This document shows, one piece after another, positions 21,506 to 31,770 of a DNA stretch of 64,000 bases. Under the pieces are notes generated by a model. It had not been told where the DNA came from. It saw nothing but the letters and a program-made list of their open reading frames with translations, and ran no database searches. The DNA is taken from NCBI GenBank assembly GCA_000002445.1, contig AL929603.2, positions 704,001 to 768,000 of the forward strand, in the 5' to 3' direction. The position numbers and the translations under genes are program-made. Each line of letters starts with the position of its first letter. Position 1 is the stretch's first letter. The DNA comes from Trypanosoma brucei. Taxonomy: Eukaryota.

Positions 21506-24500
21506 TGTGCCATACAAAATTATAGGCTTCGCAAACTAGTGAACATTATACATTGAACATATGTGCATACATGACTGGTTTTGATTGCATTATGTCGCCA
21601 GCCTTCTAAAGCTGACAACGCTCAGCTTAGTTGACTTACGCTTTTTACATCCCAGCCCCTGCACGTGGTAGGGCTGGGGCACAAATGACACATAAAGAGA
21701 AAGAAGGAAACTAACGCAGAGAAATTGGAAATGAAGAGGGAGGAAGCCCTTCAGGTATTTGTCGTGTGGCATTTATGTTGCAGGTTTGCAAACTTTTTCT
21801 CTCAGTTACTTTACCACAAGGGAATGTAGAGACTGGATGAGGGAATTGTCCGTATGTCCGTCACGACAATGGCGGGGAGGAGGCGTGGGTGGGAAACGTA
21901 ACTCAGGGATGGCTGCGCGTCGCCACGAAAGTGAGACACGGCCTGCCAGAACCCTGAGCCAGGCGAGTAACCAAGCACGAGATCAGGTTAACGAAAACGG
22001 GAAGCAGGAGAACATTGCGAGCTCCTCTTTTTTTTTTCTTTTCCTCATGGTGTGGTGAGGCTGTGTCCCGTTTTAAACACCTAAAACACTTCCTGGCATC
22101 GCCGTCGAAGGGCAGACAGGAATAGACGCGAAATGTAACTGCACTTTTTCGCACTTGCCGGGGCGCGCCGCAGGGGGTGCACAAACAGCTGGGAGGGACA
22201 AGGCTGCCGGCACGCCCCTCATGTTTCATTGGGTTCCGACGCGACGCGGCAACGGGGACTCGCTTACAAACGGATTTGAAGAGAGGGGGACCACCCATAA
22301 GCGAATTTGTATTCGTTTTCCGGCGTGACGCTCCTCTTTTTCTTCCCCCACCTCGCCTGACGATACTGAACAAGCCGCTCACGGGCCTGGGCTCCTCAAC
22401 TTCCGCCGCGGTACGGGCACAGGCAATGGAGCCGTCTCCTCCTTGCCGTGCGGGTGAAAAGAGTTAGCCCCATCGTTCCATTCCGCACTTCGGCACCACC
22501 CTGCATTCAACCCCCAAGGAGAAATTGGCGCGCGGCTACCCACCCTCTGTCGTGGGATATCGCGGGTCCCTGCTCTGTCGGGCCCGTCAAAACGCCAAGA
22601 TCCCTTATTTGCGCGATTTCATCACCCATGCCGACGATCCTTGGGCTCAATCAAAAACCCAGCGCGGCAACAGCAACAAACGACCCACTGCGGCGCACAA
22701 ATTCAAATGAATCACGACTGCCATCCGACGGCATCTCATAAACCGGTATGCGCCGGGGCCCACAGCCGATCGCACACTTCTCTAAGTTATCACATCGTTC
22801 CAAACTCCTACCGGCAGCAAAAAGGCACGCCGAGGAAGCTTTTCTTTCCGCCCCCCCCCCCCCCCCCAACCGAAGGACTTACGAGTTTTCTTTAAGCAGG
22901 CAGCAGCGGCAATAAAGAGGGGGGCGATATATTCTGGGTCAAACAGACGCCGAGCAACATTCGCGGCGTCAGACCCAAAGCCAACGGAAGTAAAGAAGTT
23001 GCAACCGTAAAAACAGGAACACAAGCCAAAAATAAAAATGGTAAAGAAAAAAGGAAAAAAATGGGGACTGCGCGACTTAGCACGTGCACATTAACGACCG
23101 CTAAAGCAAAGAATACTCCGCACGTAATGCATTTACGTCGCTTAAACTTCATACGGTAGCAAGCACACGCCACAGCGAGCATAAATACATATCAGATTCA
23201 TCCATTTGCTTCCCATCGTATTGCAACAACGTTAGCAAACCTTTGCTTCATGCTGCAGCCCCTAATGATAAAGGTGACCATCCGATCCCACAACGCCAAC
23301 CACGAAGATCCAAAGCACTCAAGATCGTTGGAGTTATTCACAAAAACATGCTTGGAAGCGTTTCATCGCTCCTTCACACAGTCCCTAAAGGTTTAAAAAG
23401 CGTTACCGCGATAGCAAGGAGACCCAAGTGAGTCACCCGTGCCAAAATTTTGAAGATGCCAACAAACAAATATATATCATCCTAGTTACGGTTCAAATAT
23501 ATTGACCGGTGGGTGGACATGAACACACACATACACACATGCAGTTTGCACATGTCAGGAAATTGTGCAGCAACGTTCTGCCTGAGGAATCAAAAGGTGA
23601 AAACGGCTCCCAAAACTTGCAATAGTGGGCGCCTCAGCTGAGGAAATCTTCACAAAAATAAGGAAAGCAATGGTTAACCCTTCACTTCACTACCCGCAAT
23701 ACTCCACCGGAGGTGCCAATGACAGATGGCCACGCAACGGACTTCACCGCGGGGACTTGGCTCGACCAAACAGTTACCAATACTTGGGCGTGGACCGTTG
23801 AGTGCAATGACACGATAACCACACACCCCCGGCACAACAAAGGTGGAACCATGGATTCGCCTTCGGAACCTCAAGAAGATAGACAACCCGCAGCGTCACA
23901 TTTCATAGAATTCACGTTCAGCTGCGGCTCCTGCGCCAAAAAGAAACTGCACGTCCTTTCCTCCTTCCTTAACAGCCTCCCCCACCCGTCAGTCAGAAGT
24001 TATTGCTCGCATCTTACTACAGGTGCATACGGAAAACAAGCGCCACATTCCCCTACCCACAGCAAAGAGTTGGCGCTCGACCTACCATTCATACCCACAT
24101 TCTTGTTTTCCCCCTTATCTCCCCACATGGTTTCAACTCCCGTCAGCGGTTCACAAGTACCAGTATGCTTCCATAAGGCGAATATCTGACAAGAACAATT
24201 CTTTCCACGATGACCAATGTTTCCTGTGCGAATCACCGCAGTAAGGAAATGAAAGGGGATGAAAACCTTCACTTCCATTACCTTAAACAATGCAAATTTA
24301 CATTACACGACCTTTCTCCCACACATACACCATGTTTCGCAGCGCACAACAGCTATTCGCGAACCCTGAAGTCTGACTTTCCCTCAGAAACAGTCTGGTT
24401 GATAATGTCAAAGAAAACTCTCAAACATTAACCAAAGTCTTCGTAGCTTTTAAAAACATCAAGACCTGCATATCGGTTAATAGCCTACTCCTCTTGCAGA

Positions 24501-24537
24501 CTTGCTCGACCATTTGATTACATACCCCAAGTCCTCA
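21506..24537. promoter_or_regulatory. Convergent strand-switch region (likely Pol II termination zone) between the plus-strand and minus-strand gene arrays
   Basis: The last plus-strand CDS ends at 21505 and the first credible minus-strand CDS ends at 24538. The interval has no convincing ORF and contains a GC-rich island (about 22.0-22.9 kb) with a C17 tract. In trypanosomatids such convergent junctions are termination sites. Confidence 0.6.
22851..22867. repeat. C17 homopolymer (G17 on the minus strand) inside the convergent strand-switch region
   Basis: Read directly from the sequence. Flanked by GC-rich non-coding sequence. Confidence 0.95.
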
Positions 24538-24855
24538 TTATCGATTGACTCCCCGTTCCAACATATCAAGCAAAAGTTCCAAGTACCTCCTGTTTTGCCG
24601 TTGGAGCTGCTTCATTTGATTAGCAAATTCTACACGTATATCCTGCAGTTGTTTCTGCTGCTCATCTCTCAACTGCTCTGGTTGTGCAGTGGAAATAATA
24701 CCCAACTTTCCCAGCTGTTGGCGCATATCCTCCGCCGTGCGTTCATCGTCATTCAAAGATGGCACAAAGTCGCTCAGAATATCCCTAGATCCCTTCAGCG
24801 TCTCCATCGACGATTTGGATTGATCTGGGGTGGCATTTTCTGTCACTTGAAGCAT
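24538..24855 (-). CDS. Small hydrophilic coiled-coil protein, 105 aa, function unknown
   Basis: ORF with non-repetitive, heptad-like charged sequence (QLRDEQQKQLQDIRVEFANQMKQLQRQNRRYLELLLDMLE). A polyY tract and AG lie about 110 nt upstream on the minus strand. It is on the same strand as the downstream minus-strand array. No family recognised. Confidence 0.4.
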   Translation of the reverse strand: MLQVTENATPDQSKSSMETLKGSRDILSDFVPSLNDDERTAEDMRQQLGKLGIISTAQPEQLRDEQQKQLQDIRVEFANQMKQLQRQNRRYLELLLDMLERGVNR

Positions 24856-27722
24856 CGTTTAGTGGCGCTTTCGCCGCTTGAAAGCCAGTGTGGGAAAGTG
24901 CACCCTGGCCCGTGACATTCCCTTGGCTCATCATCAAAACGGAAAAAATAAAGTCGTGCAGCTGTCTTGCGTCTTCCGTGGCCACAATATTTGTCAGAGC
25001 CTCGACGCCAAGTCAATGTATAGGGAGTTAAGCTCTGTTTTGCCGGCCGACCGCCGATCAACATCCCCCACCAAATCCCGAAGTGGTTTTCTGTGTACCT
25101 CGCCTCCGCGTCCGCAACAAACGTTCCACATAGTCACTCACTTTAACCCTCTTTTTTTGGAGCACGTGCGTGCGGTGCGGCGAATGCAAATAGAAACCGG
25201 TAAATATGTTTACAGTCCAAAGAGAAACAACTCAGTGAAGAAATAGCAAGTTTTTCCGCAATGGTATCGCGATTGCGGCTCCCAATTTTCAACGTTCCTC
25301 AAACTACTGTTAGCCCAGCGACTCCCAACAAAAACAATTATATGGGACCAGATTAAACCGACTCTGACATTTTCACGACAGAACCACCCAGCTGAATCAC
25401 AACTCAGTGGAACCACCCGAACAACAAAAAGCACATGTACTCAAATGGGGGGGGGGTCCGAAGCCTTTCCCCAAACAAGCGCGGTATACCATTTCCTCGA
25501 CAAAATAACACTGACAAAGAAACCGCACACAAACACACACACCTCCCATAAATTTACCCCAGCACATTCACTCACAAAGGCATAACCCGCATGAAAATGC
25601 ATGCGCGTGCATGTGTTTGGCGGCATGTGCCATACGATGCCGCTTAGGAGTCGGGCGCAAAACAGGTTGTGTCTGCCGACATGGAAGAGGAAATTAGTGA
25701 TTTTAGATGCACAACCGAAACTGCGACCACAAAAGAAATGGTTCAAGGCAATGGACCGGGCGGGGGACGGGAACCCCAAGCAGACATAACAACACGGTGA
25801 GAAATAATGAACGAAACATTTACCAGCAGGGAATGGGCCGCGCAAGGCGAACCCACAAGCAGAGAAACACAAACACATTAGCATATATTTATGTCGGTAT
25901 GCTTCACCATACGGTTGTACAGTAACAGACGCCCCGTCGATAGACTCAACCGCTTTTTCTGCTCCTCTTTTTATTTACGGGAAAATGAGGAACTGAAATA
26001 ATAATGACAGACTACAGCGTGTGTTTCACGCCTTGCACACACACCTAATTCGTAGCGACAAACTTACATAGGTTATTACGAGAGTAATCCTCTCCATGTG
26101 GTGAAAAGGTGAAAGGGAAAAGTAGCGCCTAGATGAGTTTTGCGCAACGCCCTAACTTGAACTCAGCTGCTACTGTATTTTTTTATTCTTTTTATTTTTC
26201 AACTTTTAGGACATGCGAACGCAACTGCATTACGCGTTGGGAAATACACACAGCAACAAAGCACTTCGGGATCGTGCCAAAACAACCATGCATGTATGTA
26301 TGTATATTAATAAAACGCTTTTACTTGAAATGTAACCTCCCTAGAGCTCATTGGAAAATATAACGGCCCTTCCCGTTTACCCACCCTCCTCGCACAAAAA
26401 CATACATACGTTTATGCATATGTGGATACATTTATAAGATATGCAATGGAAAGGGTGGAAAGGGAACAACAAGACGGAATTAATGGTAGGAGTCGTCATC
26501 TTACGCCTTTTGTCAGCCCTATCCCATGGCACACGCGCACGCACAGGCACTTGCACTTGCACTTGCACTAAACACACTCCGAAAGCACAAGTCAGCGATT
26601 TGCGTGTAAAAACAAAAACACGAGCAGACTCTACGGATGTAAAACAAAAAAAGCAAGTGGTTTCCATTAAACATAAGGCACGGCAAACAGCACAGATATT
26701 TTTCCACATGTATAACGTCATATTGTCTTACATTTTCCATGATGAGTATCTCACCACTGGAGTCACACAAATGTTCCTCTCATGTATTCGAATACCGACC
26801 TTCAGTACCGTGCCCACAAGTATGCACTCGTGAATTTCAACATCAAACATAATAAAGGCAGTCCATCACTTAAATATAAATGTGTGATAAGTTCGTTTCG
26901 GAGTTCCCGCGCCTTTTTTCTCTCTTCTTTTTCTTGTCCTATTATTGCCTTGTTATTATCATTACTATTGTTGTTGTTATTGCTTTTGTAAGCCCTTTCG
27001 ACTAGTGTGCCAAACTTTCGCAATTCGGAAAGATCCGCCCCCGCTCAGCCCACACATACGCACTTCTCTGTTTTAACAGCACGGAGAGAGACGGATGTGT
27101 TTTCATGCGATAAATGATACACGACTTCGTTTGTTTTGCTTCAGCCATATATGCTGCAAACCCAATCTCACATCTCCTTTATACGGCAAACTTATACGAA
27201 AATGACACATAAAACCAAATAGTAGAGATACCTTTTTTTAAAAAAAAAATTAGAAAAATAGAATTCAGCAAGTTGCCCTGAAAGGAAAGAAGATGTGCAC
27301 CGCCCATAAACCACATACACACATACATGTGTGTGTGTATGTGTGTACATATGTGCAATGAGAAAACGAAAGAATTAATTAACTACATCACTTGAAGAAA
27401 AGGAAAAATACAAGAGAAATTCATGGGAAGAATTTTAAAAATAACCAATAGGAATCATCATGCTCGCCACCAGCATCAGCCACAAATAAATAAATGTGTG
27501 TAAAAGAGAGAGAGAAAAAAAAAAGAGAAGAGCCTTCAAATGGCGGTAAGAGTGAAGTGAATAACAATAATAATAATAATAATAATGATAATAATAATAA
27601 TATTTTCTGTGGTGATAACAATAAAACACAATAAGTAGAAAGTGTAGGGTTGGGGAGAAACAGCTGAGCCGGGGCACAGGAAAAGGAAATAAAAATAAAG
27701 GGAATGAGATGTTGTACACAAA

Positions 27723-28211
27723 CTATTTGGATTTCTTCAGACGACTGAATTCCACAGTGAATTGCGATACGGATACCGCATTTCCCGATTTTTCATCATA
27801 TTCCATCCAATCTGTGCTCAAATCCGCTGCCTCAAACGTCGCTCCCTCCGCTTCCACCACCCACTTGTCATCAATCTCCAATTCCGTAGGCGTCGCTCCC
27901 CGCACTTCAATTATCAGTATTGAATTCCCATCGCCTTTTCCATTATCCTCTTCAGGGCGGTACGTGCCGTAACTCTCGGGGTCAATATGTGCAGTGATGA
28001 GAGTTTTGCATGAAGCGCATTTGAAGGCGGCGTTACGCGTCCCGCCACCGCCGCTGTCACATTCCTCGCTCTCATCAACATAAACAAAATTAGGACTGAA
28101 TTCCCTGCAGGCATCACATGTTACTTTCAAACCCCAGTTGCGAGGACGCATTGGGCGAATACAAACAACACCTTCCGTTTCAGCGGACACCGAAAGGCGG
28201 TAAAGTGGCAT
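27723..28211 (-). CDS. CZIB: CXXC-motif zinc-binding protein (DUF866/UPF0587, human C1orf123/CZIB family)
   Basis: WGLKVTCDACRE...FKCASCKTL pairs of CxxC and the EVRG...E...F...WxEYDEK blocks align with the human CZIB pattern (WYLKMKCGNCGE...KCKLCARE...ECRGLEP...DWTDYDEK). 162 aa is the typical family length. Confidence 0.8.
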   Translation of the reverse strand: MPLYRLSVSAETEGVVCIRPMRPRNWGLKVTCDACREFSPNFVYVDESEECDSGGGGTRNAAFKCASCKTLITAHIDPESYGTYRPEEDNGKGDGNSILIIEVRGATPTELEIDDKWVVEAEGATFEAADLSTDWMEYDEKSGNAVSVSQFTVEFSRLKKSK

Positions 28212-28770
28212 TCGTAAAACTTCAAAGGGATTTTTTTTTAAAAAAAAGGGCTGTTAAGAGTTGAAAGGCAGTGACAGTGCGCAGCGGCTTGCGTGTGTAA
28301 GTAATAAATGTATTTGTTTGGCCTTCCGTATGTGTATCTGCAGGCTTACCTGCGTCTTTTCTTACTTGTTCGTATCTGCTATGAGTACAGAAATGGGGAG
28401 AGAGGAATACTGATGATGTCCCTCAATCCTTACACGATGTTTCACGTCCAACAATAATAGAGGAAAAAGTCTTGTGGCGGGTGATGAGATTTTGTTGCTT
28501 TTTGGGGGAGGAGGGAAATAAAAAGGGGAAAAAGGAGAACAGAGCTCCAAAAAACAAAAAACAAAGGAAATTACGCCACGTGGTGGAGAAACATTGACAA
28601 GGAATACAGCAGAAACGGCCTGCGATGCGACACGGTGGACAAGAAAACCCCCCACATTCTTGGAGGAAATTAATATTCGCGTGGTGACGGTAGTGGTTGG
28701 GGAGGTGACCACTTTAAAAAAAAAAAAGAGAGAGAAAGGAAGGAAGGAAGTGCAGAAACAGTGCAGCAAG

Positions 28771-29820
28771 CTAAACACCTGCAATACGCTGCGTGCAATA
28801 GTCGTCAATGATAGCAACACAAGCTAATGCAAACTTACGCGCAACGTATGGATAATATGACTCTGGGGCATTAAACATAACACAATTTGCGGTAATGTGC
28901 CAAACTGCCTGCTCCAGTTCCTGTAGTGTCCTAATCACATTGCCCTTCTCTCCACTATTCGTTGCAATCGAAAAATGTGGTGGCTGAGAAACCGCAGATG
29001 CTCTCGATGTCACACCGCCATTTCCTCGCTCACGCTTCCGCGATCCAACGCCTACATTATTTTGCCCCGTAGGCAAGTAAGCACCTGACTGATGTTTGTG
29101 CAATTCATAATCACGACGGGCCGCTAACACACGCCTCTTGACGCACATCAGCGAGAGTGGCTGATGAATTACCGTAACATACGGCCCGGAACGGACGCCA
29201 TTAAACTCCATCACGGTTGAAGGAACAACCGGGGCTAAAAACACGGCGGCGCCATCCACAAGGGTGAATTGTTGTACGAGATCAATGAGAATATCTGGGC
29301 TTATAAGTTCCCGCCGCAAATTGTGCCAGCGCGCCTTCTGCTCAGAAGTGAGTTTACGAAATGCCGCCTCCCGGCCGCAGAATCCACTTTCATCCCATAC
29401 CGATGTTGCGACAGTTGGTGAACCACTCAAAACACCAACAGGAATCCCCGGTTCCCCGCCTGCTGCACCCGCTGACACTTTCGTCACATCCAACACTCCC
29501 ACAGCCGCTGATGTTCCGGAAACGGAACTCCGATGAATGCCTGCTAATGTTGTTGCTGTTGTGGTGGTGGTGGTGCTTTCAATGCGCTGCCGCAGCTTTT
29601 CTGAGAGTTTATTACTAAAGTCCTTGCAGGCGGCTTCCATTGCGGGACGGCTCCCATGCACCTGAAGGTAATGATAATACAACTCCTTCACACGTGTCGC
29701 CGGGAGCATTAGTTTGGTGAGAGAATAAAAAAGAGATGAAATCAACAACCAGTCGTGCTCTTCCTCCTCGGGATCCACAAGTCGAACCATCAAACTCTGT
29801 AACACATCGACATGTCGCAT
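28771..29820 (-). CDS. Bromodomain-like protein with an atypical, interrupted bromodomain. Candidate trypanosome bromodomain factor
   Basis: The C-terminal segment LQELEQAVWHITANCVMFNAPESYYPYVARKFALACV matches the bromodomain B/C-helix signature with the conserved Asn (NCxxFNxPxSxxYxxAxxL). An upstream FLAPVVP...Y...I segment resembles the ZA region, separated from it by a long insertion. A polyY tract and AG lie upstream on the minus strand at about 29885-29925. A recollection that a T. brucei BDF gene lies near a CEP164 paralogue on one chromosome fits this arrangement, but that is unverified. Confidence 0.5.
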   Translation of the reverse strand: MRHVDVLQSLMVRLVDPEEEEHDWLLISSLFYSLTKLMLPATRVKELYYHYLQVHGSRPAMEAACKDFSNKLSEKLRQRIESTTTTTTATTLAGIHRSSVSGTSAAVGVLDVTKVSAGAAGGEPGIPVGVLSGSPTVATSVWDESGFCGREAAFRKLTSEQKARWHNLRRELISPDILIDLVQQFTLVDGAAVFLAPVVPSTVMEFNGVRSGPYVTVIHQPLSLMCVKRRVLAARRDYELHKHQSGAYLPTGQNNVGVGSRKRERGNGGVTSRASAVSQPPHFSIATNSGEKGNVIRTLQELEQAVWHITANCVMFNAPESYYPYVARKFALACVAIIDDYCTQRIAGV

Positions 29821-30456
29821 ATACCCCTTCTTTTTCTTTTCTTTTGAGTTGCACAGCCGTGTGGCCGTGAAGAACCGAAAGAAGAGTCAACAGCACTACT
29901 AAGAGGAGGGGGAAAAAAAGCGCACACACAAGTATATCTTACCTGAAGTTATTCAAATATATATAGATATATATATATATATATATTTGATTGCGTGTTT
30001 AATGTATATTTATGTATATATGTATATACTCACACTCGCCTTATTCTTGCGTCCCGCCATCCAAGAAATAAAAAGGAAGCCAGAGATGTTGTGAGCGAAA
30101 GCTGTTGCACACGGGGATGTTAATCAAACAATAAGCAGCAGAAGATGCGGATGAAAAAAACAACAAAAGAAACCATTAAACATGTGGAATGGCGTTCGCA
30201 TCTACACGTATATATGTGTGTATGTGCCCTTGACCGGAAAAAAAAAAAAGTAAGCAAACGCTTCTCTGAAAAGTCTTTTCTTTTTTTTTAAAAAAACAGA
30301 ATCGTTGAATGTACAGTGACAAAACACAGAAGCACACAAACACAAACTCAATCAGACAGAGAGATATACACACACACACATATATATATATATATATTTA
30401 TTTATATATATATATATATCACACCTGCGGTTGATCCTCCTTCAAACAAACATCCC

Positions 30457-31770
30457 TCACTCTTTTCGCTCTTTCTTCCTCTGTGAAGCGGAAACATCCA
30501 CGCGGAGAACCTCACGTTTGCGCTTTTTCTTCACGGAAAGCGGGTTTGGACCACGTGCCTTTCGCCTGCTGGAATGTTTCACAAATGCTGAAACTGAACT
30601 ATCACCACTACGACTAGTAACTGCTGCGTCTCTTTGCGACTTTCCCTTTGCAACATGCGGAATCCCATCCGTAACTGATTTGATGTTATCAAACCCACGT
30701 GCACGTTTCAGAGGAGGCTCGGCACCAGGCACAAGATTAGCGGAAAGATGTCGCATAAAAGCGATGTCTGCTTCTGAAAGGCCCTTATGGCCCCCAACTC
30801 GCACACCACCGCAGTGGAAATCATTATGGACATCACCGCTGCCACTACTTCCATAACTTTTATTATGGTTATAATTACTGCTATTGGCATCGCGGTTATT
30901 CATCTTACCGCTTCCTTCATAATTAAAGGAATCCCCGTTCCTTTCTATCCACAGCGCCGTTGGCATTGTCGTCAGACGTATGAGAGCCGAATCCGCTGGA
31001 AGTAGTCGACGCACATCATGAGATTGTGTGGCCACAAAAAAGAAATTAGCGTTCTTACCGCCATGCACGGAGTAGCCGTGTGGTTTCCCTGAAGCCACTT
31101 CAGTTATGAATTGTGTCACCGCCTTTCCTTCATTCCGGCCTCCCGATTCTGATGAAACTTCAGCTGTAGAAGTTGTTTCTCTATTCTGATATCCCACACA
31201 CATTAATCCCTTTAATAAAGCTTCAGCTACGGCACCGAGGCCGCACTTCTTCATTCCTCCTCCGGCATGTGACGCGCTTGAAATACTTTTGCCGTGTCCC
31301 TTTGAACCCCGATTCGTTACCTTCTCAACATCATTTTTTTCCTCACGCTGCACCATACGCCGCAGAGCTGTTGCAGTTTCGGGTAAATAATACAATGAGA
31401 GATTAATACCTTTTTGTTGCTTAGACTTTTCAGCGGGTTCGGAATCACTTTGAGTCGTCTGGGAAGCGGCTGCTGCAAATGTCTCATGCATAAGTGCCTT
31501 TAGAGTCCGCACAGGCGGCTCATGCATTTCGCTAATCCCATTTTTATTATTATTTTTATTATTGTTAATATTGTTATTAATACCGCTGCTAGTCCCTCCT
31601 CCTCCTCCTCCTCCCATGCTAAAGTTATTATTACAGATAGCATGGCCAACTGCACGCAAAAAAGAGGCATCACAAAGTATATTATAACTATCTAAGCAAA
31701 GCCCATGTTCAGCACTAAGTATCCGCAAACGCCGCTTATTGGCGTGGGCACGCAATACCCTGCGCTTCAT
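30457..31770 (-). CDS. UTP23: UTP23-like rRNA-processing protein (Fcf1/Utp23 PIN-domain family) with long low-complexity insertions
   Basis: N-terminus MKRRVLRAHANKRRLRILSAEHGLCLDSYNILCDASFLRA parallels UTP23 (MKITRQKHAKKHLGFFRNNFGVREPYQILLDGTFCQAA). NFFFVATQSHDVRRLL parallels HHYFVATQDQNLSV. C-terminal GPNPLSVKKKRKR parallels GPNPLSCLKKKKK. Start is moved to the Met of MKRRV; the ORF-track extension to 31953 translates a pyrimidine-rich 5' region. The protein contains poly-Gly (from a (CCT)6 run) and Asn-rich insertions. Confidence 0.75.
   Translation of the reverse strand: MKRRVLRAHANKRRLRILSAEHGLCLDSYNILCDASFLRAVGHAICNNNFSMGGGGGGGTSSGINNNINNNKNNNKNGISEMHEPPVRTLKALMHETFAAAASQTTQSDSEPAEKSKQQKGINLSLYYLPETATALRRMVQREEKNDVEKVTNRGSKGHGKSISSASHAGGGMKKCGLGAVAEALLKGLMCVGYQNRETTSTAEVSSESGGRNEGKAVTQFITEVASGKPHGYSVHGGKNANFFFVATQSHDVRRLLPADSALIRLTTMPTALWIERNGDSFNYEGSGKMNNRDANSSNYNHNKSYGSSGSGDVHNDFHCGGVRVGGHKGLSEADIAFMRHLSANLVPGAEPPLKRARGFDNIKSVTDGIPHVAKGKSQRDAAVTSRSGDSSVSAFVKHSSRRKARGPNPLSVKKKRKREVLRVDVSASQRKKERKE

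Noticed and set aside
21903-22382. 159-aa minus-strand ORF in the GC-rich island
   Set aside because: Arg/Gly/Pro-rich translation typical of a GC-rich non-coding frame.
23713-24189. 158-aa plus-strand ORF in the convergent strand-switch region
   Set aside because: Composition is not clearly protein-like, there is no upstream polyY-AG, and it lies beyond the apparent end of the plus-strand array. It is kept only as a remote possibility.
21506-27722. tRNA genes at the convergent junction
   Set aside because: Manual scanning found no GGTTCGAATCC-type or GGTTCAAATCC-type T-loop box paired with a D-loop box on either strand. The nearest match (ggttcaaatat at about 23489) lacks the rest of a cloverleaf. 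A proper tRNAscan run is still needed.
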